In this document: positions 14,566-23,946 of the stretch, one piece after another
Layout of the letters: every line of letters begins with the position of its first letter
Numbering within the stretch: the stretch's first letter is position 1
From: Pyrobaculum calidifontis JCM 11548
Lineage (GTDB): Archaea; Thermoproteota; Thermoprotei; Thermoproteales; Thermoproteaceae
NCBI RefSeq assembly: GCF_000015805.1
Contig: NC_009073.1
Span: 1,680,001-1,712,000, forward strand
DNA: 32,000 nucleotides
Direction of reading: 5' to 3'
Translations under genes and position numbers: made by a program
Notes under the pieces: model-generated
Told to the model about the DNA's origin: nothing
Database searches by the model: none
The model's input: only the letters and a program-made list of their open reading frames with translations

Positions 14566-14862
14566 GTGTCGTCTCTTGAGGAGAAGATTGCCAACTTGAT
14601 TAGAGACATTAGGTGGGTTATTTCCACAGCGGCGCGTCCCGACGACGAGGAGTTTAAACTCACTGCGCGCTTCCTCTTGCTTTTGGTGTTCGTGGCGGGG
14701 GCCTTTCAGCTCGTGTTTCACGTGGCGAGTGTCTATATCCGTGGCGCCGTGTATGGGCAGTGGCTTGCCCCGCTTGACCCAGTGAGAGAGAGTATAGCTA
14801 TATTGACGTCTCTGATTGTGGTCTTTGCCGCAATGCTTTACTTGTTGGCTAAGTTGAGGTAA
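14566..14862 (+). CDS. secE: Preprotein translocase SecE (Sec61 gamma), with an extra C-terminal TM helix
   Basis: IRDIRWVISTAARPDDEEFKLTARFLLLLVFVAGAFQLVF matches the SecE amphipathic-plus-TM layout. Canonical position upstream of spt5-rpl11. Confidence 0.75.
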   Translation: MSSLEEKIANLIRDIRWVISTAARPDDEEFKLTARFLLLLVFVAGAFQLVFHVASVYIRGAVYGQWLAPLDPVRESIAILTSLIVVFAAMLYLLAKLR

Positions 14863-15326
14863 TGTCGTCTGAGAGGTGCCCTGTTTTCACAGTAAGCGTC
14901 GTCTCGAGGCAGGAGTACAACATCGTGATGCTGTTGAAGATGCGGGTGGAGTCTGGCAAATTGCCAATTTACGCCATTGTGGTACCCCCCGAGTCGTTCG
15001 GCGTGTTGTTCATTGAGGGAGAGTCTTTGCCGGTTGTCAGCCGCGCGGTGTATGGAGTGAAGCACGTAAAAGGGGTTATGCGCGGTATAACAAACGTGGA
15101 GGAGGTGATGAGGGTACTCAAGCCTCCCAAGCCGACCGTCGAGATCGACGTCAACGACGAAGTTGAGATAACCGCCGACGTATTAAAGGGCAGTAGGGCC
15201 AGGGTGACCTTTGTCGACAGAGAAAAGGGCATTGTACGCGTCGAGCTCCTAGACAGCGCCTTCCCCATGCCGCTCGACTTGAAGATCACGGAGGTGAAGC
15301 TCGTAAAAAAGGCGGGGCAACAATAG
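14862..15326 (+). CDS. spt5: Transcription elongation factor Spt5 (NusG)
   Basis: NGN domain (VFTVSVVSRQEYNIV...) and KOW motif (VEITADVLKGSRARVTFVDREKGIVRVELL). TAATG coupling to secE. Confidence 0.9.
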   Translation: MSSERCPVFTVSVVSRQEYNIVMLLKMRVESGKLPIYAIVVPPESFGVLFIEGESLPVVSRAVYGVKHVKGVMRGITNVEEVMRVLKPPKPTVEIDVNDEVEITADVLKGSRARVTFVDREKGIVRVELLDSAFPMPLDLKITEVKLVKKAGQQ

Positions 15327-15327
15327 G

Positions 15328-15339
15328 TAAATTTTAATA
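15328..15339 (+). promoter_or_regulatory. TATA box (taaattttaata) of rpl11
   Basis: About 29 nt upstream of ATG 15360. Confidence 0.5.
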
Positions 15340-15359
15340 CTCGCCTCTTCGCCTGGTCG

Positions 15360-15860
15360 ATGTCTAAGCGCGTTATCGTCGTGCCGCTTCAGGGAGGAAA
15401 GGTGGCTGTTAATCCCCAGTTCCAAGACGCTCTTAAACAGGCAGGGCTAGACCCCAACAAGGTGGTGCAGGAGGTTCAGGAGAAGTTGAAGGCATATGGG
15501 AAGTACCCAGTGCAGAAGGTGGAGCTGGAGGTTTCGCCGGATGGCTACGAGGTGAAGGTGTATCTGCCGCCAATAGGAGACCTCTTCCTAAAGCTCTTGG
15601 GGAAAGACACAGGCGCGCACGACTCTGCCAAGGAGACGCTGGGCGATCTGCCGTTTGAGAAAATTGTCGAAATAGCGGTGCTCAAGAGGGACGAGTTGAA
15701 GTCTAAGTCTCTCAAGTCTGCTGTTAAGCAGCTGTTGAGTACGTGTAAGAGCATGGGCATTCTTGTAGATGGGAAGAGGGCCGACGAAGTCCTTAAGGCA
15801 GTCGACGAGGGCAAATACGACGAAGTACTTAAAAAGTTTGAATCTCAGTGGTCGCAATGA
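15360..15860 (+). CDS. rpl11: 50S ribosomal protein uL11 (L11)
   Basis: [34 protein letters not shown]...[20 protein letters not shown]. Confidence 0.92.
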   Translation: MSKRVIVVPLQGGKVAVNPQFQDALKQAGLDPNKVVQEVQEKLKAYGKYPVQKVELEVSPDGYEVKVYLPPIGDLFLKLLGKDTGAHDSAKETLGDLPFEKIVEIAVLKRDELKSKSLKSAVKQLLSTCKSMGILVDGKRADEVLKAVDEGKYDEVLKKFESQWSQ

Positions 15861-16525
15861 GCGCCGTAGTTCAAAGGGAGGCCTTGTTGAAAAAGATTGA
15901 CGAGGCTCTCAAGTCTGGGAAAAAGAGGCGGTTTAGGCAGAGCGTCGAGCTAATAGTGGTGCTTCGAGGCATCGACTTGAGCAAGCCCGAGAATCGTATC
16001 AACCTCCTGGTGGAGTTGCCCCACCCGCCTAAGCTCAATAAGATTGCCGCGTTTGCCCATGGCGCCTTTGAGACTCAGGCCAAGAACGCGGGAGTTGACG
16101 CCGTTATTACGAGGCAGGAGGTGGAGGGCCTGGCTGGAAACAAGAGGGCCATTAGGAAGTTGGCTAAGCAGTACGACTTCTTTATAGCTCCTCCCGACTT
16201 AATGCCGCTGTTAGGCAGAGTGATAGGCCCAATCTTTGGCCCAAGGGGGAAGATGCCCGAGGTCGTGCCGCCGAACGTCGACGTTAAAACCGTGGTAGAG
16301 AGGCTGAGGAGAGTTGTGCGCGTGAGGCTGAGGAATGAGCCAGTGATAAAGGTGAGAGTTGGCGCAGAAGGGCAGAAGCCTGAGGAGATCTTGACAAACA
16401 TACTCGCAGTGCTCGAGGAGCTAAATAGGAAGTTCCCGCTACGCCAGTACCTCAGAGACATATACATCAAGAAGACCATGTCGCCGCCTGTGCGAATTAA
16501 GCCGGCTGAGGTTTTAGCGCGTTGA
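15857..16525 (+). CDS. rpl1: 50S ribosomal protein uL1 (L1)
   Basis: [25 protein letters not shown]...[32 protein letters not shown] 15857 overlaps the rpl11 stop (ATGA) and is preferred over GTG 15848. Confidence 0.92.
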   Translation: MSAVVQREALLKKIDEALKSGKKRRFRQSVELIVVLRGIDLSKPENRINLLVELPHPPKLNKIAAFAHGAFETQAKNAGVDAVITRQEVEGLAGNKRAIRKLAKQYDFFIAPPDLMPLLGRVIGPIFGPRGKMPEVVPPNVDVKTVVERLRRVVRVRLRNEPVIKVRVGAEGQKPEEILTNILAVLEELNRKFPLRQYLRDIYIKKTMSPPVRIKPAEVLAR

Positions 16526-16527
16526 AA

Positions 16528-16537
16528 TTATATAAAT
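16528..16537 (+). promoter_or_regulatory. TATA box (attatataaa) of rpl10
   Basis: About 27 nt upstream of ATG 16557. Confidence 0.5.
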
Positions 16538-16556
16538 CCCCCATCCCCCATCCCTG

Positions 16557-17591
16557 ATGCTCGCCATTGGCAAGAGGCAGTATGTCAGAGAGAAGAGCTA
16601 CCCGCCGCGTAAGGTCAGAATTGTACAAGAGGCCACTGAGCTGTTGCAGAAGTACCAGTATGTATTTCTCTTTGACCTCCACGGCCTTTCCGCCAGAATA
16701 CTCGGCGAGTATAGGTACAAGCTCAGGCCCTACGGCGCCGTCAAGATAATTAAGCCGACTCTGTTCAAGATAGCATACGCCAAGGTCTACGGCGGGGTGC
16801 CGGTTGAAATAGCTGAAAAAGTCCGCGGCGAGGTGGGCTTCTTTTTCACAAATCACAACCCCGCAGAGGTTGTTAAACTAGTTGCCAAATACGCGGTTAG
16901 AAGAGCCGCCAGGCCGGGGGACAAGGCGCCCTTCGACATCGTCATACCCGCAGGCCCCACTAACGCATCGCCAGGCCCCATAATCTCCAAGTTCGGCAAG
17001 TTGAAGATACCCACTAGGGTACAAGAGGGCAAGATCTGGATTGCAAAAGACACAGTGGTGGCTAAGGCAGGGCAGGAGATTACACCCGAGATGGCCGAAG
17101 TGTTGAGAGTAGTGGGGATAGAGCCCATATTCGAGTCGCTCCGCCTCATCGGAGTGCTGTGGAAGGGCAAACGCTTTGTCCCAATAGAGGAGCTCATAAT
17201 CGACGTGAAGCAGTACAGAGAGCTGATAGAGGCGGCGGCCACCTACGCGAGAAACTTGGCCCTCAACGTGGTGTATCCGACGAGGGAAGTGCTCCAAGTG
17301 GTTATACCAGCGGCGCATGCGAGAGCCCTCGCCCTGGCTGTCAAGCTCGGCGTAGTGACCAAGGAGACTCTCCCAGCGCTGTTAAGCAGAGCCGTTGCCG
17401 AGGCCAACGCCCTGGCCGCCGCCGTAGCGCCAAAGGCGCCGGAGCTCGGGCTCTCTGTCGCAGTGGCGCCGCAGCCAGCCGCCCAGCCGCAGCAAGTTGA
17501 ACAACAGCCCGCCGCGGGAGGGGAGGCTGAGGAGAAGAAAGAGGGCCCAAGCGAGGAGGAAATCGCCGGCTCTCTGGGCGCACTCTTTTAA
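16557..17591 (+). CDS. rpl10: 50S ribosomal protein uL10 (acidic P0 homolog)
   Basis: P0 N-terminal domain and the typical stalk tail AGGEAEEKKEGPSEEEIAGSLGALF. Confidence 0.92.
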   Translation: MLAIGKRQYVREKSYPPRKVRIVQEATELLQKYQYVFLFDLHGLSARILGEYRYKLRPYGAVKIIKPTLFKIAYAKVYGGVPVEIAEKVRGEVGFFFTNHNPAEVVKLVAKYAVRRAARPGDKAPFDIVIPAGPTNASPGPIISKFGKLKIPTRVQEGKIWIAKDTVVAKAGQEITPEMAEVLRVVGIEPIFESLRLIGVLWKGKRFVPIEELIIDVKQYRELIEAAATYARNLALNVVYPTREVLQVVIPAAHARALALAVKLGVVTKETLPALLSRAVAEANALAAAVAPKAPELGLSVAVAPQPAAQPQQVEQQPAAGGEAEEKKEGPSEEEIAGSLGALF

Positions 17592-18523
17592 TGAAGGTAT
17601 TTGCCCCCTGTGTCGTCAAGTTTTTTGGCGAGCACGCGGTGGTGTATGGCAAGCCGGCAATAGCCGCCGCCATAGATAAGGGGGTCTATGTCGAGTGTGA
17701 GGAAGGGGGCGAGTTGCGTGTGGAGACTGTGGCCCCCCTCTCAGAGGCCGTGTACTACCCGGAGAGGGGCAGAGTGGAGGGCGTCGGCGTAGGCCGCTTC
17801 TTTGCCTACGTCGACGCGGCTCTGGAGGTGGCGAGAGAGCGGTGGGGGGACTTGAGGGCGACGTTTAAGATCAAGAGCGACTTTCCCCCCAGCGTGGGGC
17901 TGGCCACGTCGGCTGCAGTGTCTGTGGCGTTGCTCAAGGCATATTCTCAGTGCGTCGGCGCAAGGCCTAGTCCCGAGGAGCTTGCGAGGCTGGGCCACAG
18001 CGTTGAGTTGAAGGTTCAAGGCATCGCGTCTCCCATGGACACCGCCGTGTCGGCCATGGGGGGCCTTTTAAAAATTTGGCCAAGCCCCTTCAGAGCCGAG
18101 CAAATAGGCGCCGAGTTGCCCCAGTTTTACGTCTTGTTGTTGCCGAGGAGGGGGACTACCGGCGAAATTGTGGCAGACGTAAGGGCGAAGTTGCAGCGCC
18201 GCCCCTCTCTTAAGGCCGTGGTTGAGGCAATCGGCGAAGTGGTTGAGGAGGCTCACAAATGCCTCGTGGCGGGAGACCTGGCTTGTGTGGGAGAGCTTAT
18301 GGAAATAAACAACTGGCTCCTTGGCGCCCTGGGCGTGGTAGACAGCCGAGTGGTGCAGGCGTTGGAGATACTGAGGCCGTTTGTATACGGGGGTAAAATC
18401 AGCGGGGCTGGGAGAGGAGGCGCCGTGTTGATACTGCCCAGAGACGGAGACGCCGTTGAGAAAATTCTCACGGCTATGAACTACGCGTATTACAAGGTCT
18501 CCATATACAGAGGCGGGGCATGA
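17591..18523 (+). CDS. mvk: Mevalonate kinase (GHMP kinase family)
   Basis: N-terminal APCVVKFFGEHAVVYGKPAIAAAID, GHMP motif PPSVGLATSAAVSVALLKA, C-terminal KISGAGRGGAVLIL. Confidence 0.85.
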   Translation: MKVFAPCVVKFFGEHAVVYGKPAIAAAIDKGVYVECEEGGELRVETVAPLSEAVYYPERGRVEGVGVGRFFAYVDAALEVARERWGDLRATFKIKSDFPPSVGLATSAAVSVALLKAYSQCVGARPSPEELARLGHSVELKVQGIASPMDTAVSAMGGLLKIWPSPFRAEQIGAELPQFYVLLLPRRGTTGEIVADVRAKLQRRPSLKAVVEAIGEVVEEAHKCLVAGDLACVGELMEINNWLLGALGVVDSRVVQALEILRPFVYGGKISGAGRGGAVLILPRDGDAVEKILTAMNYAYYKVSIYRGGA

Positions 18524-18768
18524 TCCAGCTATTCGGCTTTCTGGGCCTTGTATTAATAGCGGCGGCGTGGGCCGTGAACATCTTGAGGAGAAGCCCCCCG
18601 CCGCCTCTAGATTTGACAATACTCTACTTCCTCGGAAGCGTCTCGCTCACGATCTACGCCGCACTGATTGGCGATGCGGTATTTACGGCATTGAACGCCC
18701 TGTCAAGCGCACTTTCTTTCATAAACCTAGTAAGAGCGCTACGCTTAAAAACGGGGACTGCCGGGTAG
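18520..18768 (+). CDS. Small 3-TM membrane protein (82 aa)
   Basis: Three hydrophobic helices. ATGA coupling to mvk, and the next gene starts 3 nt after its stop. Confidence 0.6.
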   Translation: MIQLFGFLGLVLIAAAWAVNILRRSPPPPLDLTILYFLGSVSLTIYAALIGDAVFTALNALSSALSFINLVRALRLKTGTAG

Positions 18769-18770
18769 CC

Positions 18771-19556
18771 ATGGCACAAAGGCCGCAGATAGGGCACAAG
18801 GCGTACCACTTGTTGATAGGCCCCGGCGACGTCCCGCGCTACGTCCTCCTGCCAGGGGACCCCGGCCGCGTCCCACTTATTGCAAAACACTGGCAGGAGG
18901 CTAGAGAAGTGGCGCGCAACAGAGAGTTTACGACGTGGGTGGGCATATACAAGGGGGTTAGGATAGCGGCCACCTCCACGGGCATAGGGTCTGGCTCCAC
19001 CGCCATTGCGGTAGAGGAGCTCCTTTACGCAGGCGCTGATACGCTCATAAGAGTGGGGACCACCGGCGCGCTTAAGAGGGAGATAAAGCTGGGCGACTTG
19101 ATAATCGGCACCGCCGCCGTCAGGTGGGAGGGGGCAAGCCGCTGGTATGCGCCTCCTGAGTACCCCGCAGTTGCCCACTGGCAAGTGGTAAAGGCCCTCG
19201 TCGACGCGGCGGAGGGACTCGGCGTGAGACACCACGTGGGCATTGTGGCCTCCACCGACTCCTTCTACGTTGGACAAGAGAGGCCAGGGTTCCGGGGCTT
19301 CATGCCGCCTTGGGCGAGGGGGCTTATAGAGACTTTGAGAAGCCTCAGGGTGCTGTCCTTTGAAATGGAGTCTGCCACAATTTTTACCCTTGCCTCTATC
19401 TATGGGGCGCGGGCCGGCGGAGTCTACGCGGCCATAGCCAACAGAGAGACCGACGAATTTCAGCCAGAGGTGGGGGTTGAGGACGCAATAAAGGTGGCCA
19501 ACGAGGCGGTTAAGATATTGGCGGAGCATGATAATAAAAGTGGTGCAGGTACGTGA
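18771..19556 (+). CDS. udp: Uridine phosphorylase (PNP/UDP family 1 nucleoside phosphorylase)
   Basis: VLLPGDPGRVPLIA, REFTTWVGIYKGVRIAATSTGIGSGSTAIAVEEL, RVGTTGAL, SFEMESATIF. The track ORF starts at 18567 but overlaps the upstream gene out of frame; ATG 18771 is chosen. Confidence 0.85.
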   Translation: MAQRPQIGHKAYHLLIGPGDVPRYVLLPGDPGRVPLIAKHWQEAREVARNREFTTWVGIYKGVRIAATSTGIGSGSTAIAVEELLYAGADTLIRVGTTGALKREIKLGDLIIGTAAVRWEGASRWYAPPEYPAVAHWQVVKALVDAAEGLGVRHHVGIVASTDSFYVGQERPGFRGFMPPWARGLIETLRSLRVLSFEMESATIFTLASIYGARAGGVYAAIANRETDEFQPEVGVEDAIKVANEAVKILAEHDNKSGAGT

Positions 19557-19764
19557 CGTAGCAATTATAAAAGTCGAGGAGCTACAGCCGTGCGCAGACG
19601 TCCTCACGTTTAAGGCAGGCAGAGAGCTAGAAATCTGCGGGATGCGCTATGAGCTAAGCGACGACCTGGGCGAGTTTAAGAGGGGATTGCTCATACTCGG
19701 CGGAGTCCCCTTCTTCGTCGAATGTAACGAGGAGAGGCTCTGCATAGCGGCTAGGGCCAAGTAG
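19528..19764 (+). CDS. Hypothetical 78-aa protein
   Basis: ORF overlaps the udp 3' end by 29 nt. No recognisable motif. Confidence 0.4.
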   Translation: MIIKVVQVRDVAIIKVEELQPCADVLTFKAGRELEICGMRYELSDDLGEFKRGLLILGGVPFFVECNEERLCIAARAK

Positions 19765-19804
19765 CCGGCGCGTATTATTTAAAAGAGCCCATCTTTTCCC
19801 CGCC

Positions 19805-20233
19805 GTGGAAGTCGTAGTAGGCGTCTACAACATAAACTCAGCCTCGAAGATGTTGGAATTTGCCAAAATCGCCTACGGCTTTGGAGTCAAGCGGCTGGTG
19901 TTAGCCAAGGTATTTGGAGCAGCGGCTCAGCAGATAGGCGATTTGTTTAAACTAGCCTTTAAAATGGGCGGGGAGGTCTTGGTCTTCAACGACATAGGCG
20001 ACGTGGTGGAGGTTGTGAAGCCCGACGTCGTTTTTGCCCTAACTAGGCCGGACAAAGACACGAGGCCTGTGGAAAAAGTGGAGGGGAGGGTTTTGTTGTT
20101 GGTCCACGGGGCAGATCTCTCGTTTTCGCCGAGGGAGTTGCCCCCCGGGGCTGTCCTAAGCCACGCGGTGAATAGAGACATTGGCTCGCTTGGCCAACTC
20201 GCAGTGGCCCTATACAAGTTGCTCAGCCTCTGA
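19805..20233 (+). CDS. Hypothetical 142-aa protein, possibly SPOUT-like fold
   Basis: C-terminal RVLLLVHGADLSFSPRELPPGAVLSHAVNRDIGSLGQLAVALYKL resembles the SPOUT knot region and the C-terminus of the THUMP protein at 1911-2993. TATA tattatttaaaag lies upstream of GTG 19805. Confidence 0.5.
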   Translation: MEVVVGVYNINSASKMLEFAKIAYGFGVKRLVLAKVFGAAAQQIGDLFKLAFKMGGEVLVFNDIGDVVEVVKPDVVFALTRPDKDTRPVEKVEGRVLLLVHGADLSFSPRELPPGAVLSHAVNRDIGSLGQLAVALYKLLSL

Positions 20234-20606
20234 CAGGTACTCTTATCTCCTCCTCTTTGACCTTTTTCGCAGTTATGTACAATACGCCGTTTCTGTATAC
20301 GGCGGAGGCACTTGAGGGGTCAATTCTGACTGGGAGGCGGATGTACTTGGCGTACTTTCTATCGCCCCTCGCCCCCTCGGCTCTTATATAGGCGCCGTCC
20401 TTTGAAATTGTAAGCGAGATATCCTGCGCCTCGAGGCCGGGCATGTCTATTTCGACTATCAACTCCTCGCCCTCTTCTCTTATGCGGTACTCTCTCCCCT
20501 CTCCAGCCACCGACTGGACCGCCTTAGTGGCCTCCTTTGTTGCAGATTCTACAATCTTCTGAATAGACTTCGCAAGCTCTTCCATTGCCTTCCTAAACTC
20601 GTCCAT
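20223..20606 (-). CDS. hsp20: Hsp20/alpha-crystallin family small heat shock protein (second copy)
   Basis: ELIVEIDMPGLEAQDISLTISKDGAYIRAEG...IRLPVRIDPSSASAVYRNGVLYITAKK. Confidence 0.9.
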   Translation of the reverse strand: MDEFRKAMEELAKSIQKIVESATKEATKAVQSVAGEGREYRIREEGEELIVEIDMPGLEAQDISLTISKDGAYIRAEGARGDRKYAKYIRLPVRIDPSSASAVYRNGVLYITAKKVKEEEIRVPVRG

Positions 20607-20627
20607 GGTAGTAAATGGGCGTGTATT

Positions 20628-21527
20628 TTATTCTTTTCTGAAGGCCTTCCCCACCGCCCTGGGCGGCCTAGCCCTGCCTATCGCGCCGGCGACTATTAGC
20701 AAAGTGGCCACGTATGGAATAATCCTCGTCAACTCGTACCGCGCCACGCCCAGCGTCTGTAGCCAGTAGGACAAGGAGTCAAAGAAGCCGAAGATAAAGG
20801 CGCCGGCAACGGCTAGGGCGGGGTTCCAGTTTGCAAATACCACATTGGCAAGCGCTATAAAGCCCCTCCCAGCCGAAACCTCCTTAGTTACAACTGAGAG
20901 ATATGCGATGCTCAAATATGCGCCGGCTAAGGCGGCTAGAACTGCGCCCGCAATTGTGGCAAAGAGCCTCACCTTGTCCACGTCCACACCCATGTTAAAG
21001 GCAGCCTCGGGGTCTTCGCCGCACGCCCTTATCACAATGCCAAGCCTGGTCTTAAATAGGAGAAACCACATAAATGCGGCAAGGGCAAGGGCAAACGCCG
21101 CAATGGCAGTGGGATCTGTTTTTACAAAATCTGGCACCTGTTTATAGCCCGCTACCCCCCAATACGATTGTATGCCGTACGCCACGGCGCCTGCTCCAAA
21201 GAGGTTTATGGCTATGCCGCTGATAATTTGATCCCCTGCGAGATACGTAGATATGTACCCATGTAGCGCCCCAACTACGGCTCCCACAAGCGCAGAGGCC
21301 AACAGAGCCACCAAGGGCCACAAGGGGTCTGGAAGCGAGAGGCCTAGGCGGTATTTCAAGAAGTCGGCGGTGAGTGGCCCAAAGAAGGCGCCTAGCAACA
21401 TAAGCCCCTCGAGGCCTATGTTGACCACGCCGCTGCGCTCGGTCAGTATCTCTCCCAGCGACGCCAGGAGGATAGGCACAGAGGCGAAGAGCGCCTGGTA
21501 GAGCAACAGTAGTGCGAGGTCTGTCAT
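20628..21527 (-). CDS. ABC transporter permease (BMP/nucleoside-type, YufQ/NupQ-like)
   Basis: Polytopic 299-aa permease, overlapping the upstream permease by 4 nt in an operon with a BMP binding protein. Confidence 0.8.
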   Translation of the reverse strand: MTDLALLLLYQALFASVPILLASLGEILTERSGVVNIGLEGLMLLGAFFGPLTADFLKYRLGLSLPDPLWPLVALLASALVGAVVGALHGYISTYLAGDQIISGIAINLFGAGAVAYGIQSYWGVAGYKQVPDFVKTDPTAIAAFALALAAFMWFLLFKTRLGIVIRACGEDPEAAFNMGVDVDKVRLFATIAGAVLAALAGAYLSIAYLSVVTKEVSAGRGFIALANVVFANWNPALAVAGAFIFGFFDSLSYWLQTLGVARYELTRIIPYVATLLIVAGAIGRARPPRAVGKAFRKE

Positions 21528-22516
21528 GTCCTCAAAATTCTCACGGCTAGGAATAGAATTATCACGCCCTGTATAATTCTCACGAACTCAAAGGGCGTCC
21601 CAGCCTCAATTTGCATATGCCGAGCCCCCTCTTGCAAAACGCCGAGGAAAATCCCCGCGAGCACTACGCCGAGGGGGTGGCCCCTCCCCAGCATTGCCGC
21701 AGTTATCCCATCGAAGCCTAGCCCATATACGTTGGCCAAGTTCCGGGCTAGACTATACGAGGGCGGCCTCGCCACCACCTGCAATACGCCAGCTAAGCCG
21801 GCCACGGCTGCGCCGACGGCGAAGGCGTAGAAAATTGTGCGCCCCGGGCTTATGCCATACGACTTGGCGGCGAGGGGGTTTTGCCCACTCACAGAAATCC
21901 GGAAGCCCCACACAGAGTACTTGAGGAAAACGTAGACCAGCGCCGCCACGGCGTAGGCTATGGGAACTGCGAGCGTTAAATCGGTGCCAGGCACTAGGGG
22001 AGTCAGCCTCGCCTCAGGCGGCGTCTTCACCGACTCCTCCGGCTGGAGGGGATTTGCAAAAACCGTGGATACCGCCATTATCGATAGCCAGTAGGCTATC
22101 CAGTTCATCATAATCGTGCTGACAACCTCGTTAACCCCCCTGAGGGATTTCAATAGGGCGGGAACCACCGCCCAAGCCACCGCAAGCGAGATTCCTGCCA
22201 ACAGGGCGAGGGGGAGGGCGGCCCACCCCTTCACTAAGTACGCGGCCAACACGGCGCCCAGCGCGCCCATGTAGACCTGACCCTCAGCCCCTATGTTGAA
22301 GAGCCCCGCCCTTAGCCCAACCGCAAACGTGAGGCCGGTCAACACTATGGGGGCTGAGAAGGCCAGCGCGGAAAACAGGTACACGTGGTCCATGAGCGGC
22401 GTCAACAGCATGGAGCGGTAGGAGGCCGCCGGGTCGTAGCCAGAGGCCCACATGGCCAGCGCCCCTACTACGAAGGCCGCCGCAACGGCCAGAGGTATGT
22501 CCAAGCCGGCTCTCAT
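21524..22516 (-). CDS. ABC transporter permease (BMP/nucleoside-type, YufP/NupP-like)
   Basis: Polytopic 330-aa permease with a 4-nt overlap at both ends. Confidence 0.8.
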   Translation of the reverse strand: MRAGLDIPLAVAAAFVVGALAMWASGYDPAASYRSMLLTPLMDHVYLFSALAFSAPIVLTGLTFAVGLRAGLFNIGAEGQVYMGALGAVLAAYLVKGWAALPLALLAGISLAVAWAVVPALLKSLRGVNEVVSTIMMNWIAYWLSIMAVSTVFANPLQPEESVKTPPEARLTPLVPGTDLTLAVPIAYAVAALVYVFLKYSVWGFRISVSGQNPLAAKSYGISPGRTIFYAFAVGAAVAGLAGVLQVVARPPSYSLARNLANVYGLGFDGITAAMLGRGHPLGVVLAGIFLGVLQEGARHMQIEAGTPFEFVRIIQGVIILFLAVRILRT

Positions 22517-23946
22517 AGCCCCGCCATCTTGCGCCCAACGTATTCCAGCCCCATCTCCTCCACGGGCCCCTGCGCCACGATCTTCCCCTTGAACATGACA
22601 GCTATAGTGTCGGCGAGTTTATACGCCTCGTCTAAGTCGCTTGTCACAAGCAGCACGCCGGCCCCCCTATTTCTCGCCTCCACTATGAGGCCGTGGACAA
22701 ACTCTGTGGTAGCCACATCTAGGCCGCGCGTCGGCTGGTGGGCAATTATCAACTTGGCGTTTCTACTAAATTCCCGCCCTACCACAAGCTTCTGTTGGTT
22801 CCCCCCAGACAAGTGTTTAACCACTGCGCGGGGCCCCGGTGCGACTATGTTGTATTCCTCTATCAGCTTGGAGGCAAACTGCTCCACGTCCCTCCACGAG
22901 ATAAGCCACCTCTTTGCAAACCTATCCTCCATCCCCACTATCGAGTTTTCCATAAGCGTCATTTCCAGCAGAAGTGCCTTGTGCCTGTCGTCGGGTATGT
23001 AGGCGTAGCCCCCATGGATCTTAACCACGCCTCTGCCCCTCCTAACGCCCACTATAGCCTCCACCAACTGCTCTTGGCCGTTCCCCTCGACGCCCACTAT
23101 GGCCAAGATCTCCCTCTCCCGCACTCTAAGGCTCACCCCCTGTACCACCGCCCTTCCACCCTCGTACACCCACAAGTCCTCCACCTCGAGCACCGTCCCC
23201 TCGCCTGGTTGCCCCACTCTCTCCACGCCTCCAGCCACCCGCCGCCCAACCATGGCCTCCACCAATTTGTCGACGTCGTACGGGGGCTTAAACTCCCCGG
23301 CCACAAGCCCCCTCCTGAGAACCACCACTCTGTCTGCGACCTCTAACACCTCCGGAATCTTGTGCGTAATATACACCACCGCCCTTCCTCCCTCCCTCAG
23401 CCGCTTTACCACTTGGAAAAGAGACTTCACCTCCGGCGGAGAAAGCACGGTAGTCGGCTCGTCCAATATGAGCAATTTGGCGCCCCAGTACAACGCCTTG
23501 ACAATCTCCACCCTCTGCCTAACTCCCAGAGGTAGTTCTTCCACGTCTCTATCCCACTCTACCTCAAAGCCCAGCTCTTGGGCTATTGCGGCCACTTTCT
23601 GCCTAAGCTCTTGCGAAATGGGAGAAAGTCCGCCGCCGCTGAGGAGGGCCACGTTCTCCAATGCCGTCAGCCCTGGGATAAGGGACAGGTGTTGGTGCAC
23701 CATGGCGATGCCGAACCTCATCGCCTCGCGCGCGCTTTTGAACTTCACGGGCTTGCCGTCTATGTATATCTCTCCAGAGGTGGGCCTGTAGACGCCTGAG
23801 AGTATTTTCATAAGAGTGGTCTTCCCAGCGCCGTTCTCCCCCAACAACGCCACTACTTCGCCGGGGTTAATGTCGAGAGAAACCCCCCTCAAGGCGTGTG
23901 TACCATCTGAAAAAACCTTGTGAATATTCCTAAGCGAGACGTGCAT
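22513..23946 (-). CDS. ABC transporter ATP-binding protein with duplicated ABC domains
   Basis: Walker A GENGAGKTT, signature LSGGNQQK, Walker B LLILDEPT / LIIAHQPTRGLD. 477 aa. Confidence 0.9.
   Translation of the reverse strand: MHVSLRNIHKVFSDGTHALRGVSLDINPGEVVALLGENGAGKTTLMKILSGVYRPTSGEIYIDGKPVKFKSAREAMRFGIAMVHQHLSLIPGLTALENVALLSGGGLSPISQELRQKVAAIAQELGFEVEWDRDVEELPLGVRQRVEIVKALYWGAKLLILDEPTTVLSPPEVKSLFQVVKRLREGGRAVVYITHKIPEVLEVADRVVVLRRGLVAGEFKPPYDVDKLVEAMVGRRVAGGVERVGQPGEGTVLEVEDLWVYEGGRAVVQGVSLRVREREILAIVGVEGNGQEQLVEAIVGVRRGRGVVKIHGGYAYIPDDRHKALLLEMTLMENSIVGMEDRFAKRWLISWRDVEQFASKLIEEYNIVAPGPRAVVKHLSGGNQQKLVVGREFSRNAKLIIAHQPTRGLDVATTEFVHGLIVEARNRGAGVLLVTSDLDEAYKLADTIAVMFKGKIVAQGPVEEMGLEYVGRKMAGL

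Noticed and set aside
17591-18523. Possibility that the GHMP kinase after rpl10 is a phosphomevalonate or other GHMP kinase rather than mevalonate kinase.
   Set aside because: The N-terminal KFFGEHAVVYGKPAIA motif is the mevalonate-kinase pattern. It is kept as mvk, but subfamily assignment needs a profile search.
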